A stretch of DNA of 64,000 nucleotides from an uncultured virus (IMG/VR IMGVR_UViG_3300023257_000017) (lineage: Duplodnaviria > Heunggongvirae > Uroviricota > Caudoviricetes), in IMG/VR virus record IMGVR_UViG_3300023257_000017. One strand, given 5' to 3'. The notes beneath the pieces were generated by a model that saw only the letters and a list, made by a program, of their open reading frames with translations, was not told the origin of the DNA and made no database searches. The translations under genes were made by a program, and so were the position numbers. How positions within the stretch are numbered: the stretch's first letter is position 1; each line of letters starts with the position of its first letter. Shown in pieces: positions 38,466-48,509 of this stretch.

Positions 38466-39561
38466 CGTGATCGGTGGAGGAATTGCCGGAGCGGTTATTT
38501 CCAGATTACTAGCTGAACAAGGCCACTCTATAACATTGATAGAAAAGAAAGGGAAAATAGGCGGATTATGTAGAGATGAATTCGTTAAAGGAGTTTTAAC
38601 CCATATACATGGACCACACTTCTTTCATACAAATAATAAAAAAGTATTTGATTGGTTATCTAAGTTTACTCCTGAAGGTTGGATAAATAAAAAATATATC
38701 GTGAAGAGTAATATTAGAGGAAAACTATATGATTTTCCTATAAATAGAAATACTATTAACGACTTCTTTGATATAAATCTAACTACTGAGAAAGAAACGC
38801 AAAAATTTCTAGACATATTAAATAAAAAATGGAATAATAAATCTCCTAAAAATTCAGAAGAATCAATACTAAAGAAATGTGGTAGGCAGTTATATGAAAC
38901 TTTCTTTAAAAACTACACTCTAAAAATGTGGGATAGAGAACCAAAAGATCTTGATGTGTCAATTTGCGACAGAATACCAGTAAGAACAAACATAAATAAT
39001 GTATTTCATAATGATAAATATCAAGGCGTGCCTAAACTTGGGTTTACTGCTATGATAAATAATCTTGTTAAGCATGAAAATATATCTATTAAGCTAAACA
39101 ACAAATATGATGAAATCTATTTCCCTGCAGACCTTGTTATTTGTACAACACCTATTGATGAATTTTTTGATTATGAGCATGGACAATTACCGTATAGGTC
39201 ATTAAAATTTGATATATATGTATATCCATTCCCATACAAACAATCGTCAGCACAAATAAATTATCCAGGAAAAGAAACATATACTAGAGATACCGAATCT
39301 AAATTCATAACAGGACAAGAATCGCCATTTACAACTGTAGTTAGAGAAACACCTTGCTATGATAATGATAATCCTATGTATCCAGTAATAAACAAAGAAA
39401 GTATGATAATATTAAATAAATATAAACTGATGGCAGAAAAAGTAAAAGATAAAGTTAGATTTGTATCTAGGCTAGGAAGTTTTTCATATATAAATATGGA
39501 TAAAGTAATAGAGGACTGTTTTGAATTAGTAAAAGAATTGAATAAAGAGGAGATGATATAA
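38455..39561 (+). CDS. glf: UDP-galactopyranose mutase
   Basis: VIGGGIAG, HIHGPHFFHTN, RIPVR, YQGVP..GFT, LPYRSL, YPV, YINMD. Confidence 0.93.
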   Translation: MKINVIGGGIAGAVISRLLAEQGHSITLIEKKGKIGGLCRDEFVKGVLTHIHGPHFFHTNNKKVFDWLSKFTPEGWINKKYIVKSNIRGKLYDFPINRNTINDFFDINLTTEKETQKFLDILNKKWNNKSPKNSEESILKKCGRQLYETFFKNYTLKMWDREPKDLDVSICDRIPVRTNINNVFHNDKYQGVPKLGFTAMINNLVKHENISIKLNNKYDEIYFPADLVICTTPIDEFFDYEHGQLPYRSLKFDIYVYPFPYKQSSAQINYPGKETYTRDTESKFITGQESPFTTVVRETPCYDNDNPMYPVINKESMIILNKYKLMAEKVKDKVRFVSRLGSFSYINMDKVIEDCFELVKELNKEEMI

Positions 39562-40008
39562 ATGGATAAAAAAGTTGTTGCAATTTCTGGAGGATTTGAC
39601 CCAATTCACATTGGACATGTAAAGTTAATGAAGACTGCAAGAAAACTTGGAACAGAGTTAGTGGTAATTCTAAATAATAATAATTGGCTTAAAAGAAAAA
39701 AAGGATATTATTTTATGGACGAACTTGAAAGAAAAGAAATATTAGAAGAATTAAACTGTGTTGATAAAGTAATCATAACAAAACACTCAATGAATGATAA
39801 TGATAGGTCTGTATGCAATGAGATTGCAGAATTGAATCCTGATATTTTTGCTAATGGTGGAGATCAAAATGCTGAAACTATTCCTGAATATACACTATGT
39901 GAAAAAAATGGAATACAAATGATCTTCGGAATTGGAGGAGACAAAATTCAAAGTAGTTCTGACCTTGCAGCAGAGGCATTTAATAAAGCCAAAGATGGAA
40001 AACTATAA
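39562..40008 (+). CDS. cytidylyltransferase-like nucleotidyltransferase
   Basis: SGGFDPIHIGH, FANGGD, KIQSSS. Confidence 0.9.
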   Translation: MDKKVVAISGGFDPIHIGHVKLMKTARKLGTELVVILNNNNWLKRKKGYYFMDELERKEILEELNCVDKVIITKHSMNDNDRSVCNEIAELNPDIFANGGDQNAETIPEYTLCEKNGIQMIFGIGGDKIQSSSDLAAEAFNKAKDGKL

Positions 40009-41017
40009 GATTATGTGTGTTGGCAATCAAAATATACCTCAAGCTAGTGAACAAACTGTTAGTAGAGATTTAGTTCGGCAATGCCATAAAGTTATTTCTT
40101 TCCAATATCCAACTAATGGAATAGAAAATTATACAGCTATAAATAAACAACTAACTAAAAAGATAGAAATCGAAAAACCTGACTTTGTATTGTGTCATAA
40201 ATGTCCAGGACTTAGCAATGAAGATATAAACAATATAAGAAGAAAGTTAAAAACGCCTGTTGTTTCTTGGAACTTTGATTTGTTCAATGGATATGTTGCT
40301 GACTTTAAGCCTGAAAATTATATATTTCAAAGAAGGATAAATTCCTATGAACAACAAATATCTGCTTATGATGTTGCGTTTGGTGCTGAAGCTGGTAAAA
40401 AAGAAATAGATAGATATAGGGATGAAGATGGAGCTAATTATCATCCACTTAAACTTGGTGCTGACCCTGAATGGTTTAACAAAATACCTGATTATGATAC
40501 TGAGATACATAAATTAAATTGTGATGTTTCGTTCTTAGGTTCAATATATAATAGATTAAGAAAACAAATGAACACAAAATTACTTAGTATTCCAAATATA
40601 TCTTATAAACAATTCACAGGCTATAAAATTAGAGGTATAGTTCAACCAGAGATATTTATGAAAGATATAAGTAAGTTTGCAAATGTATGTAAAATTAGTA
40701 TAGGATGTAATTATAGGAATGATGTTGAAGGTTATTGGTCCAAAAGATGTTATGAATTAATGGGCGCTAATCATTTTATGATACAAGCTCACGTTAAAGG
40801 TATGAAAAAAGAAGGATTCAAGCATAAGAAAAACACCGTATTCTATTATGATGATGACTTTGAAGAAATGACTGAATTAATACAATATTATTTAGATAAC
40901 GAAAAAGAAAGAAATAAGATAAGAGAGCAAGGATTCAAACTTATTAGAGAAAAACATCTGCAATCCAATCGAACAAAAGATTTCTTTAAAACATTAAAGA
41001 AGGAAGGAGTGATTTAG
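39995..41017 (+). CDS. CgeB-like glycosyltransferase
   Basis: LGADP, DVSFLGS, YWSKRCYELMG, GFKLIREKHL. Confidence 0.8.
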   Translation: MENYKIMCVGNQNIPQASEQTVSRDLVRQCHKVISFQYPTNGIENYTAINKQLTKKIEIEKPDFVLCHKCPGLSNEDINNIRRKLKTPVVSWNFDLFNGYVADFKPENYIFQRRINSYEQQISAYDVAFGAEAGKKEIDRYRDEDGANYHPLKLGADPEWFNKIPDYDTEIHKLNCDVSFLGSIYNRLRKQMNTKLLSIPNISYKQFTGYKIRGIVQPEIFMKDISKFANVCKISIGCNYRNDVEGYWSKRCYELMGANHFMIQAHVKGMKKEGFKHKKNTVFYYDDDFEEMTELIQYYLDNEKERNKIREQGFKLIREKHLQSNRTKDFFKTLKKEGVI

Positions 41018-41977
41018 ATGCGAATCATCTCAGCCGGAAATGTACATGTTAATTACGGAGCAGAAGCTTTACTTAATAGAGCATTAAAACGTGCAGGACA
41101 TGAAGTTATCGAAGTATTTTATCCTACAAGGAAAGAAGATTATTCAATATTTAATGAAACATTAAAAGATCAAATAAAAGGAACACGACCTGAATTAGTA
41201 ATAGTTGGAAAAGTTCCAGGACTAACTTATGATAAGATAATAGAACTAAAAAATGAATGTGGAATTCCAATAGTACAGATGACATATGATCTCATGCGTA
41301 AGCTTGGTGTAGATGATAGACCTTCATGGTGGTATCCACAAATTAAAGCTGGTGGTTTTGATTGGGTATTTGGAGCTTCAGATAATAAACAGGATAAGGA
41401 AAATATAAATAAATATACTGATAGATATTCTTGTTTAAGGGAAGGCGTAGATTCTATTTTACATAAACCAATATTGACGCAGTTTGAAGAGAATAAAGAA
41501 AAATACCAAGCTGACGTAGCGTTCACTGGAGCGCCATATAACGAGTTTAGAAGAGAGATGATGCTATTATTCAATCATGAAAAAAGATTCGAATTTCGAC
41601 ACTATGGCAATCTATTCCTTGGTGATTTAGCTAATATGGCATCAGTAACAAAACTAAGCATAGGAACTAACTTCTATGACGATATTCAAGGGTATTGGTC
41701 AGCACGAATGTTTGAGAATATGGGTGTTGGTCTTACTTTTTTAACTCCTTACATTAAAGGAATGAGAAAAGAAGGTTTAGTAAATAAAAGAAACTGCATA
41801 TATTATAACCCTAGAGATTTAAACTCATTACGTAATAAGATACTATATTATAAAGACAATCCTGATATATGTAGAAAGATAAGAGATAATGCGATTAAAC
41901 TAATATTTAAAAAACATACATTTGATGTAAGAGTTAAAGACATGTTTAAGATATTAAAGAAGAAGAAGGTGATTTAA
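41018..41977 (+). CDS. CgeB-like glycosyltransferase (tandem paralog)
   Basis: EGVD, DVAFTG, YWSARMFENMG, KHTFDVRV. Confidence 0.8.
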   Translation: MRIISAGNVHVNYGAEALLNRALKRAGHEVIEVFYPTRKEDYSIFNETLKDQIKGTRPELVIVGKVPGLTYDKIIELKNECGIPIVQMTYDLMRKLGVDDRPSWWYPQIKAGGFDWVFGASDNKQDKENINKYTDRYSCLREGVDSILHKPILTQFEENKEKYQADVAFTGAPYNEFRREMMLLFNHEKRFEFRHYGNLFLGDLANMASVTKLSIGTNFYDDIQGYWSARMFENMGVGLTFLTPYIKGMRKEGLVNKRNCIYYNPRDLNSLRNKILYYKDNPDICRKIRDNAIKLIFKKHTFDVRVKDMFKILKKKKVI

Positions 41978-41978
41978 A

Positions 41979-43037
41979 ATGATGAATAAGGAAGAAAGAT
42001 TAGAATATTCAAAAAAAGCATTAGAAGAAGTATATGCAATGAAAGGTAAAAGAGTATTAATTACTGGTGGTGCTGGATTTGTTGGAGCGCATCTCGTCGA
42101 ACACATATTAAAATCTACCGACTGGAATGTTGTTATTATTGATAGACTTAATAATGCTAGCAGTGGATTCAATAGGCTTAGAGATATTCCTGCATGGGGT
42201 AGTCCTAGAATAAATGTACTTGCAACAGATTTATCTATGGAAATACCAGAAGGTGTAGCACAGGAAATTGGTGAAGTAGATTATATATTCCATCTAGCTG
42301 CAGAAAGCCATGTTCAAAAAAGTATTGAAGAGCCATATAGATTCTTAAAATCTAATGTAGAAGGAACTTTTTGGATGTTAGAATTTGCAAGAAAGCAAAA
42401 GAACCTAGAGAAGTTTTTCTATTTCTCAACTGATGAAGTCTTTGGAAATGCACCATTAGGAGTAGAATATAAAGAAGATGATAGATTAAATCCAAGAAAT
42501 CCATACGCTTGCTTCAAGGCTTCAGGAGAACTTATGATGAAAGCTTGGGGAAATACATACGGAATACCTTACATAATAACAAACAGTATGAATATATTTG
42601 GAGAAAGACAACATCCTGAGAAATTTGTTCCATTATGTATTAAAAAAATACTTGAAAATGAAAAAATTGGAATCCATATTGATCCAAAGACTAAAAAGCC
42701 TGGAAGTAGGTTTTGGGTTCATGCAAGAAATACATCGGCACTATTATTGTTTTTAATAGCTAAAGGAGAAATAGGTCAAAGATACAATATAGTACCAGAC
42801 ACAGAACTTGATAATCTTGAAATACCACAATTGATTGCTAAAATTATGAATAAACCTTTGAAGTATAAATTGGTAGATTATCACAGCACAAGACCTGGAC
42901 ATGATCCTAGATATGCACTTGACGGGACTAAAGTTAAAGAAATGGGATGGGAATTTCCTGTTGGATTTGAAGATAGCTTTAGAAAGACTATTGAATGGAG
43001 CTTGAAGAAAGAAAACTTCAAATGGACTAACATTTAA
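41979..43037 (+). CDS. dTDP-glucose 4,6-dehydratase-like extended SDR
   Basis: ITGGAGFVG, HLAAESHV, STDEVFG, PYACFKA, RPGHDPRY. Confidence 0.9.
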   Translation: MMNKEERLEYSKKALEEVYAMKGKRVLITGGAGFVGAHLVEHILKSTDWNVVIIDRLNNASSGFNRLRDIPAWGSPRINVLATDLSMEIPEGVAQEIGEVDYIFHLAAESHVQKSIEEPYRFLKSNVEGTFWMLEFARKQKNLEKFFYFSTDEVFGNAPLGVEYKEDDRLNPRNPYACFKASGELMMKAWGNTYGIPYIITNSMNIFGERQHPEKFVPLCIKKILENEKIGIHIDPKTKKPGSRFWVHARNTSALLLFLIAKGEIGQRYNIVPDTELDNLEIPQLIAKIMNKPLKYKLVDYHSTRPGHDPRYALDGTKVKEMGWEFPVGFEDSFRKTIEWSLKKENFKWTNI

Positions 43038-43038
43038 A

Positions 43039-43128
43039 ATGATTTTTGAACATTTTATTTTAACACGAATCAATGTAAAGTTTCGTGAGAAGTCATGGAA
43101 AGATAAAAATGGCGAAGAGCAAATATAA
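43039..43128 (+). pseudogene. 29-aa N-terminal remnant of a putative rhamnosyltransferase-like gene
   Basis: MIFEHFILTRINV...WKDKNG resembles HFILTRFN family starts; stops inside the next ORF. Confidence 0.4.
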
Positions 43129-44890
43129 ATTATCATGCATAATACCTGTATTGAATAAAGGAGAATCTGACTTTGATTTTAGATTAAATACCATGAGTAA
43201 AGTATTACCCAGGATTCCAAATTGGGTAGAGATAATCATAGTTGAACAAGTAATAGACAAAAAACTTATCAAATATACCGACATTATTAAAGATAAAAGA
43301 TATAAGAAGATAATAGTAAACTCTCCTATCTTCAATAAAAGTTGGTTATATAACATAGGCGTAAAAAACAGTTCAACAAATAATATTATATTGTCTGAAA
43401 GCGATATGGATTTTGATAAAGGTTTTTTCAAACATATATTGGATAGTATAAAACCAGAGACAAAATGGTTCTTTTGTTACAATAGAATAATTTACTATAA
43501 TAAACATGGCGGACTTTGGCTAGACAGAAAGCCAGAAATTCATAATACTGAAGGTGGGTTTGTATTCTGTAAAAAAGACTTTTATTGGGCAATTGGTGGT
43601 ATGGATGAAAATATCATAGGAATAGGTGGCAATGATGGACATTTCATCCGTAGAGCTGAATATATAACTAAAGATTATCCAACCATAAATCAAACAATAC
43701 ATCATAGGTATCATCCATATAATAGCGAGAAACGTACTGATGCTAAAGTTGATAAGACACATAAATTCAATAAAGAATATTATTACAAAGCAGCAAGATA
43801 CCCTAAGCAAATGATTGCATATCTTAATTCAATACAACATTATTTTGGAATTGAAGAGTCGATATATAACAAACAGTTTAAGTTTGATGACTTTGATATA
43901 ACAAAGAAAGCGCAAGTAAAGCAATTTGAAGAAACTGAAATCACATCAATTAACTTATCATTGAGTTCATTATGTAGTGCTAAATGTATATTCTGTCCGT
44001 ATAAAGAGCGTGGTTCTAAAGTAAGGACTAAAATAATGAGGTTTGAAACAGTGAAAAACATAGTCAAACAAATAAAGTCTGACAAAAAGTTCTTTAATCA
44101 ATTATCAAAGATAGAGGTTGGTGAGGCTGGAGATTGTTTTCTAAATAAAGATACAATTAAGATATTACGCTATTTAAAAAAACATCTACCACACATACAC
44201 ATAAATATGTTCACTAATTTTAATGGACTTACAAACGAGAAGTCTAAGATTATACTGAAAGAAAAATTAATAGATAGTATATGGATGAATATTGATAGTC
44301 TAAATAAACAACAATATTATGAAACAAAACAATTGGACATTAATGTCGTACTAAAGAATCTATTATTCTTTCTTGATAATAGGACTAAATATAATAGCAA
44401 GATTAAATTATCTGTATTAATATTACCAATAAGATATTATACTGAGTTGGTAAGAGTGAATTTAGACACCAAACCTATTAATTCAAAAGAACATGTAGAG
44501 TTAATCAAAGAAAACTATAAAGAAATGAAAGATAAATTGACTGAGATACTTGAAGAAACAGACGATATTATGCTATCATCAGTAATATTTTGGGCGGAAC
44601 GTGAGCAATTTAAAGATAAAGAGATAAATTATTCAACACAAACCTGTCCTGTTCTTAAACGAATAATAAAAGAAGTATGGGTTTCTCCATCAGGAGACAC
44701 ATATCTCTGTTGTCTAGATAATAGGTTTGATTTGAAGACTGGTAATTTGAATAAAGAATCCATCAAAGATATATGGTTTGGAAAGAAAAGGCAAGATTTA
44801 ATAAACAAATTAAGGAATAAACAATTTAAAGAAATAGGGTATCCTTGCAATACCGTAAATTGTTGTAACCACGAGGGAAATAAATGTTAA
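43109..44890 (+). CDS. GT2/GT7C glycosyltransferase fused to a radical SAM/SPASM domain
   Basis: SCIIPV, FNKSWLYNIG, ESDM, GGMDE..G.GGND; then CSAKCIFC (CxxxCxxC) and C...GDTYLCC.D...GNL...IW...C..C. Confidence 0.85.
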   Translation: MAKSKYKLSCIIPVLNKGESDFDFRLNTMSKVLPRIPNWVEIIIVEQVIDKKLIKYTDIIKDKRYKKIIVNSPIFNKSWLYNIGVKNSSTNNIILSESDMDFDKGFFKHILDSIKPETKWFFCYNRIIYYNKHGGLWLDRKPEIHNTEGGFVFCKKDFYWAIGGMDENIIGIGGNDGHFIRRAEYITKDYPTINQTIHHRYHPYNSEKRTDAKVDKTHKFNKEYYYKAARYPKQMIAYLNSIQHYFGIEESIYNKQFKFDDFDITKKAQVKQFEETEITSINLSLSSLCSAKCIFCPYKERGSKVRTKIMRFETVKNIVKQIKSDKKFFNQLSKIEVGEAGDCFLNKDTIKILRYLKKHLPHIHINMFTNFNGLTNEKSKIILKEKLIDSIWMNIDSLNKQQYYETKQLDINVVLKNLLFFLDNRTKYNSKIKLSVLILPIRYYTELVRVNLDTKPINSKEHVELIKENYKEMKDKLTEILEETDDIMLSSVIFWAEREQFKDKEINYSTQTCPVLKRIIKEVWVSPSGDTYLCCLDNRFDLKTGNLNKESIKDIWFGKKRQDLINKLRNKQFKEIGYPCNTVNCCNHEGNKC

Positions 44891-45576
44891 TAGCTATTAG
44901 AAAACATAGATTTGAAGTTCTTGATAACGATATGAGTTGGTGGTGGTATAATCAAATTGGTCAAGGTGTATGGGAAAATTCAACTCTTGACGCTTTAGAA
45001 TTATTTCTAAAAAAAGATAAAGATATGATAGACGTAGGCGCATGGATATTCCCAATATCTCTATATTCATCTAGATTATGTAATAAAGTGTTTGCTATAG
45101 AACCTGAATATAATAATTTTAAAGAAGGTATTTCAAATATAAAATTGAATAATATCGAAAATATTATACCAATTAATATAGGATTATGGACAACAACTGG
45201 CATAGAACGCATTAAAGAGATGATGAAGGAAGATTCAAGTACATTTAGTCTAAGTTCTTCAGGTCAAAAAATAAAAACACTTAGTTTTGAAGATTTCGGA
45301 AAACAAAATGACTTGAGTAATGTAAATTTAGTCAAGATGGATATTGAAGGTGCTGAAGGTTTATTGCTTGGAACAATGAAAAAATGGCTACATGAAAATA
45401 AGATTACATTAATACTATCAACACATGTACAATTCAAAAGAGATAAAAAAAGTTATTATAAATTAATAGAATCTGCAATAAAAGAATATCCGTTTGTTTA
45501 TAAGATAGATTTCCATGAATTGTTATGTACATACGAAAAAATAGAGGTAAATAAAAAATGGCAAATAGCAAAATAA
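44884..45576 (+). CDS. FkbM family SAM-dependent methyltransferase
   Basis: IDVGAWI, VFAIEP, VKMDIEGAE. Confidence 0.9.
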   Translation: MLIAIRKHRFEVLDNDMSWWWYNQIGQGVWENSTLDALELFLKKDKDMIDVGAWIFPISLYSSRLCNKVFAIEPEYNNFKEGISNIKLNNIENIIPINIGLWTTTGIERIKEMMKEDSSTFSLSSSGQKIKTLSFEDFGKQNDLSNVNLVKMDIEGAEGLLLGTMKKWLHENKITLILSTHVQFKRDKKSYYKLIESAIKEYPFVYKIDFHELLCTYEKIEVNKKWQIAK

Positions 45577-46349
45577 GCTTCTTAATTGCAACATATAAAG
45601 ATCCAACATTCACTAAACAATGCATAGATAGTATATTTTTAAAATGTGATGTAGTTAAGAGTAAGAATGAAATAATTGTGTATGAAGATGGTAGTGACTA
45701 TGATGACTTTAATAATATTAAAAACTTCTGTGAAAAGCATAAACATAGGAAATATATTAAGTTTATTTATGATAGAAGCAACAATGGAATTGGATTTGCT
45801 ATGAATAGATTAGTAAAGGAAGCCAATAATGATATGTGTATAAGGATTGATAGTGATGTAGAATTTGTAATTAAGAATTTTGATGATAAATTAATCTCAT
45901 TCTTAGAAAAAGATAAAACTCTTGGATTAATAACTTGCAGGACTGAAACTATTGGACAGCCACTACAGCGTGTTAAAATACCTGATTACTTCATAGAAAC
46001 CAATATAGAAGAAGAATATATGAATAGCTTAGATGTTCCAATTTTGACCTATTGTAGTGAGCCTAATGAAGTCTTGTCTGGATTCTGTTTTGCTTTTAGG
46101 AAAAGTAATATAATTGAGAATGATATTAGATTCTGTACAGAAATGAAAATGTATGGAGAAGATGGAATATTCCACTTTGATATACTTAATGCAGGGTTTA
46201 AAGCTGCAATCGCAAATAAACTATATATGTGGCATAAACATCACGGAACTGTTGGTAATATTGATGAAGGATTAGTAACTATAGAACGTAAAAAAGCGCT
46301 AGAAGTATGGACTGAATATTTACAAAAAGGAAAAGAAAAAATAAATTAA
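45558..46349 (+). CDS. GT2-family glycosyltransferase
   Basis: ISFLIATY, EDGS, N.G...N, IDSDV, GFCF, YGED. Confidence 0.85.
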   Translation: MANSKISFLIATYKDPTFTKQCIDSIFLKCDVVKSKNEIIVYEDGSDYDDFNNIKNFCEKHKHRKYIKFIYDRSNNGIGFAMNRLVKEANNDMCIRIDSDVEFVIKNFDDKLISFLEKDKTLGLITCRTETIGQPLQRVKIPDYFIETNIEEEYMNSLDVPILTYCSEPNEVLSGFCFAFRKSNIIENDIRFCTEMKMYGEDGIFHFDILNAGFKAAIANKLYMWHKHHGTVGNIDEGLVTIERKKALEVWTEYLQKGKEKIN

Positions 46350-46570
46350 CCGACAAGAAACCAAAAGATAGCGACAATAAGAACATAAACACCATATAGC
46401 CCCTTGTTGTGCCAACTAATATTTGTTTTATTTTTTTCTATTGCTTTATTATCAGCAATTTGACACGATTTAAGATCATCAACTTTAACATGCAATCCCT
46501 GCAATAACTCCTTCATGCTATATGAAATATTACCGTTCTCTTTCTTCCACTGTTTAATCTCTTCAATCAT
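46346..46570 (-). CDS. small coiled-coil protein with C-terminal TM helix
   Basis: Hydrophobic C-terminus; end of late operon; stop overlaps the convergent GT2 stop. Confidence 0.6.
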   Translation of the reverse strand: MIEEIKQWKKENGNISYSMKELLQGLHVKVDDLKSCQIADNKAIEKNKTNISWHNKGLYGVYVLIVAIFWFLVG

Positions 46571-46932
46571 TTTTTAGATTTCTTGCCTTTCTTTTTAAAA
46601 TAAGGATATACTTTTGTTAATAAGTTAGGAAATCCTATTCCATCACACAAACTGTTTATTCCTGCTCCTGCTAAAAGTGCAAAGATAAACTCAAGTATAC
46701 CGCCTGTAGAAGCGCCAAGTGCCATTGCAAAAGCAACTCCTGCACCAGTTGATTGCCAAACTGTATCAATTATTCTCTCATATTGTAGAACAAATTTCTT
46801 ACCTAATTCCTTTCTCTTTTTATATATAGAAATACCTGCTTTTATTGATGCACCAATTAATGCGCCTACTCCCATTACTATTTGTGGTGAAAATTGTGCT
46901 AAAAAATCATTTACGACTAATATTACGTTCAT
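46567..46932 (-). CDS. holin-like membrane protein
   Basis: 2-3 hydrophobic helices, basic C-terminal tail, AGGAGG RBS. Confidence 0.55.
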   Translation of the reverse strand: MNVILVVNDFLAQFSPQIVMGVGALIGASIKAGISIYKKRKELGKKFVLQYERIIDTVWQSTGAGVAFAMALGASTGGILEFIFALLAGAGINSLCDGIGFPNLLTKVYPYFKKKGKKSKK

Positions 46933-47012
46933 TTTAATTCCTCCTTTTAAGCTTTAATTATGTATAAGGTAATCTATTGTTTCTGGTGTTTATATTATTT
47001 TCTGTTTTATTT

Positions 47013-48509
47013 CTATTTATATAAGACGCAGATCATATCAAAAGCCGGCCTTGTTGTTGCATCTCCTACAAAATTAATTTTGAACTTTAATTTATTACCA
47101 GTGCTATTAAATATATGAACCACACCAACCGTTATAGTTTCCCAAGTTACACCATTATCATTACTAACTTTATAACTAGATAATTGATTTTGTGGATAAT
47201 TAGTAACAATACGTAGTTCACATTGTGTGACATTTTCATCTGCTAAAAGTCTATTAAATGTAGCTATTCCAGTATTTTGACCAGATATTAATTGCAACTT
47301 ATCATTTACTATCTCTGTATTTGTATGAGTTACTAATGTTGGATCTTCGTTAAAAAAAACAGTATAACTATTTTTCATGGAATTAAGATTTATTGATGGT
47401 ATTAAACTACGTTGTGCATCAATACCCTCTTTAAATAATGTCTCTAATGATGTTTGTCGTCTAGTTAAATCAATGCTTGTTCTAAATCCTACACTATTAG
47501 AAAATGTATGAGTGAATCCACTGACCACATGTGATCCTGTAGCACCTGCATATGGAACTGATACCTCTATTAAGTCTCCTGGTCGTATTTCTATCATACC
47601 CAAACAAACCGCATTACCACCTGCAGTTCTTTTAATATTGTTAGATAGTTCCATGTCTGCTCTATCTTGTATGTCAGACATAGATATTAATGAGGAATCG
47701 GATATTATTAAATCTTTACGCCATAAAGTAGTTTGGCTAGTAGTATTTTCTTCAGTTTTCAATAATATAATGTTATTTTCTTCTTTACCATAAACAGATA
47801 TTTTGTTATATACATTACTATTATTTATTCCATAATTATTTAACGATATTAAATTTTGACCTTGTACTATTGAATTAATCAAATTAATCTTGCTTTCTTG
47901 CTCAAAGAATTTAACATCATCGTCTACATCAATATATAAGTCAAATCCAGATTTGTCTACCATTGTACTAAATGTCTGTATACCTGCCATATTATTAAAA
48001 GTAGTCGTGATTGTAGTAGCTGAGTTTTCTACGCCTGTAGTTGTTAAATATGATGAGTAATCACTTGCTACTATGCTCTTAACTGCGTCTGAGCATGTAG
48101 AATTATAGAATTGTGTTATTATCTTAATATCTGATAATTCTGGAACTTGCCTAGCTTTAATAGTTGCAGTATACCCATCAGAACCACACGAAAAAAGTAT
48201 TGAATCTAGCTTGCCTTTAAACATCTTATTACTAGGTGTAATAGTATCTGCATATTCTGCCCATATCTCAACAGTTTCACCACCGTCCCATAAATCTAAC
48301 CATCTACCATCATCATTAATTAATTTTAAATTAACATATGCAAGTGCTTTAGAATACCATGTTATTTTTCCATCTCCTATAATATAATTTGTTATATTCC
48401 AAACAGTACCACTAACTGGATCAGTTACAGTTATTTTCCAACTTGCAACATATCCATACTGTGGTAAAAAAATATGTCCTGGCCTTCCAGGTCTAACTAT
48501 TGCTGGCAT
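47013..48509 (-). CDS. tail tip/baseplate hub-like protein
   Basis: MFKGKLDSI, DLYIDVDDDVKFF, YNKISVYG, IRPGDLIEV pattern of phage hub proteins; downstream of TMP. Confidence 0.7.
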   Translation of the reverse strand: MPAIVRPGRPGHIFLPQYGYVASWKITVTDPVSGTVWNITNYIIGDGKITWYSKALAYVNLKLINDDGRWLDLWDGGETVEIWAEYADTITPSNKMFKGKLDSILFSCGSDGYTATIKARQVPELSDIKIITQFYNSTCSDAVKSIVASDYSSYLTTTGVENSATTITTTFNNMAGIQTFSTMVDKSGFDLYIDVDDDVKFFEQESKINLINSIVQGQNLISLNNYGINNSNVYNKISVYGKEENNIILLKTEENTTSQTTLWRKDLIISDSSLISMSDIQDRADMELSNNIKRTAGGNAVCLGMIEIRPGDLIEVSVPYAGATGSHVVSGFTHTFSNSVGFRTSIDLTRRQTSLETLFKEGIDAQRSLIPSINLNSMKNSYTVFFNEDPTLVTHTNTEIVNDKLQLISGQNTGIATFNRLLADENVTQCELRIVTNYPQNQLSSYKVSNDNGVTWETITVGVVHIFNSTGNKLKFKINFVGDATTRPAFDMICVLYK

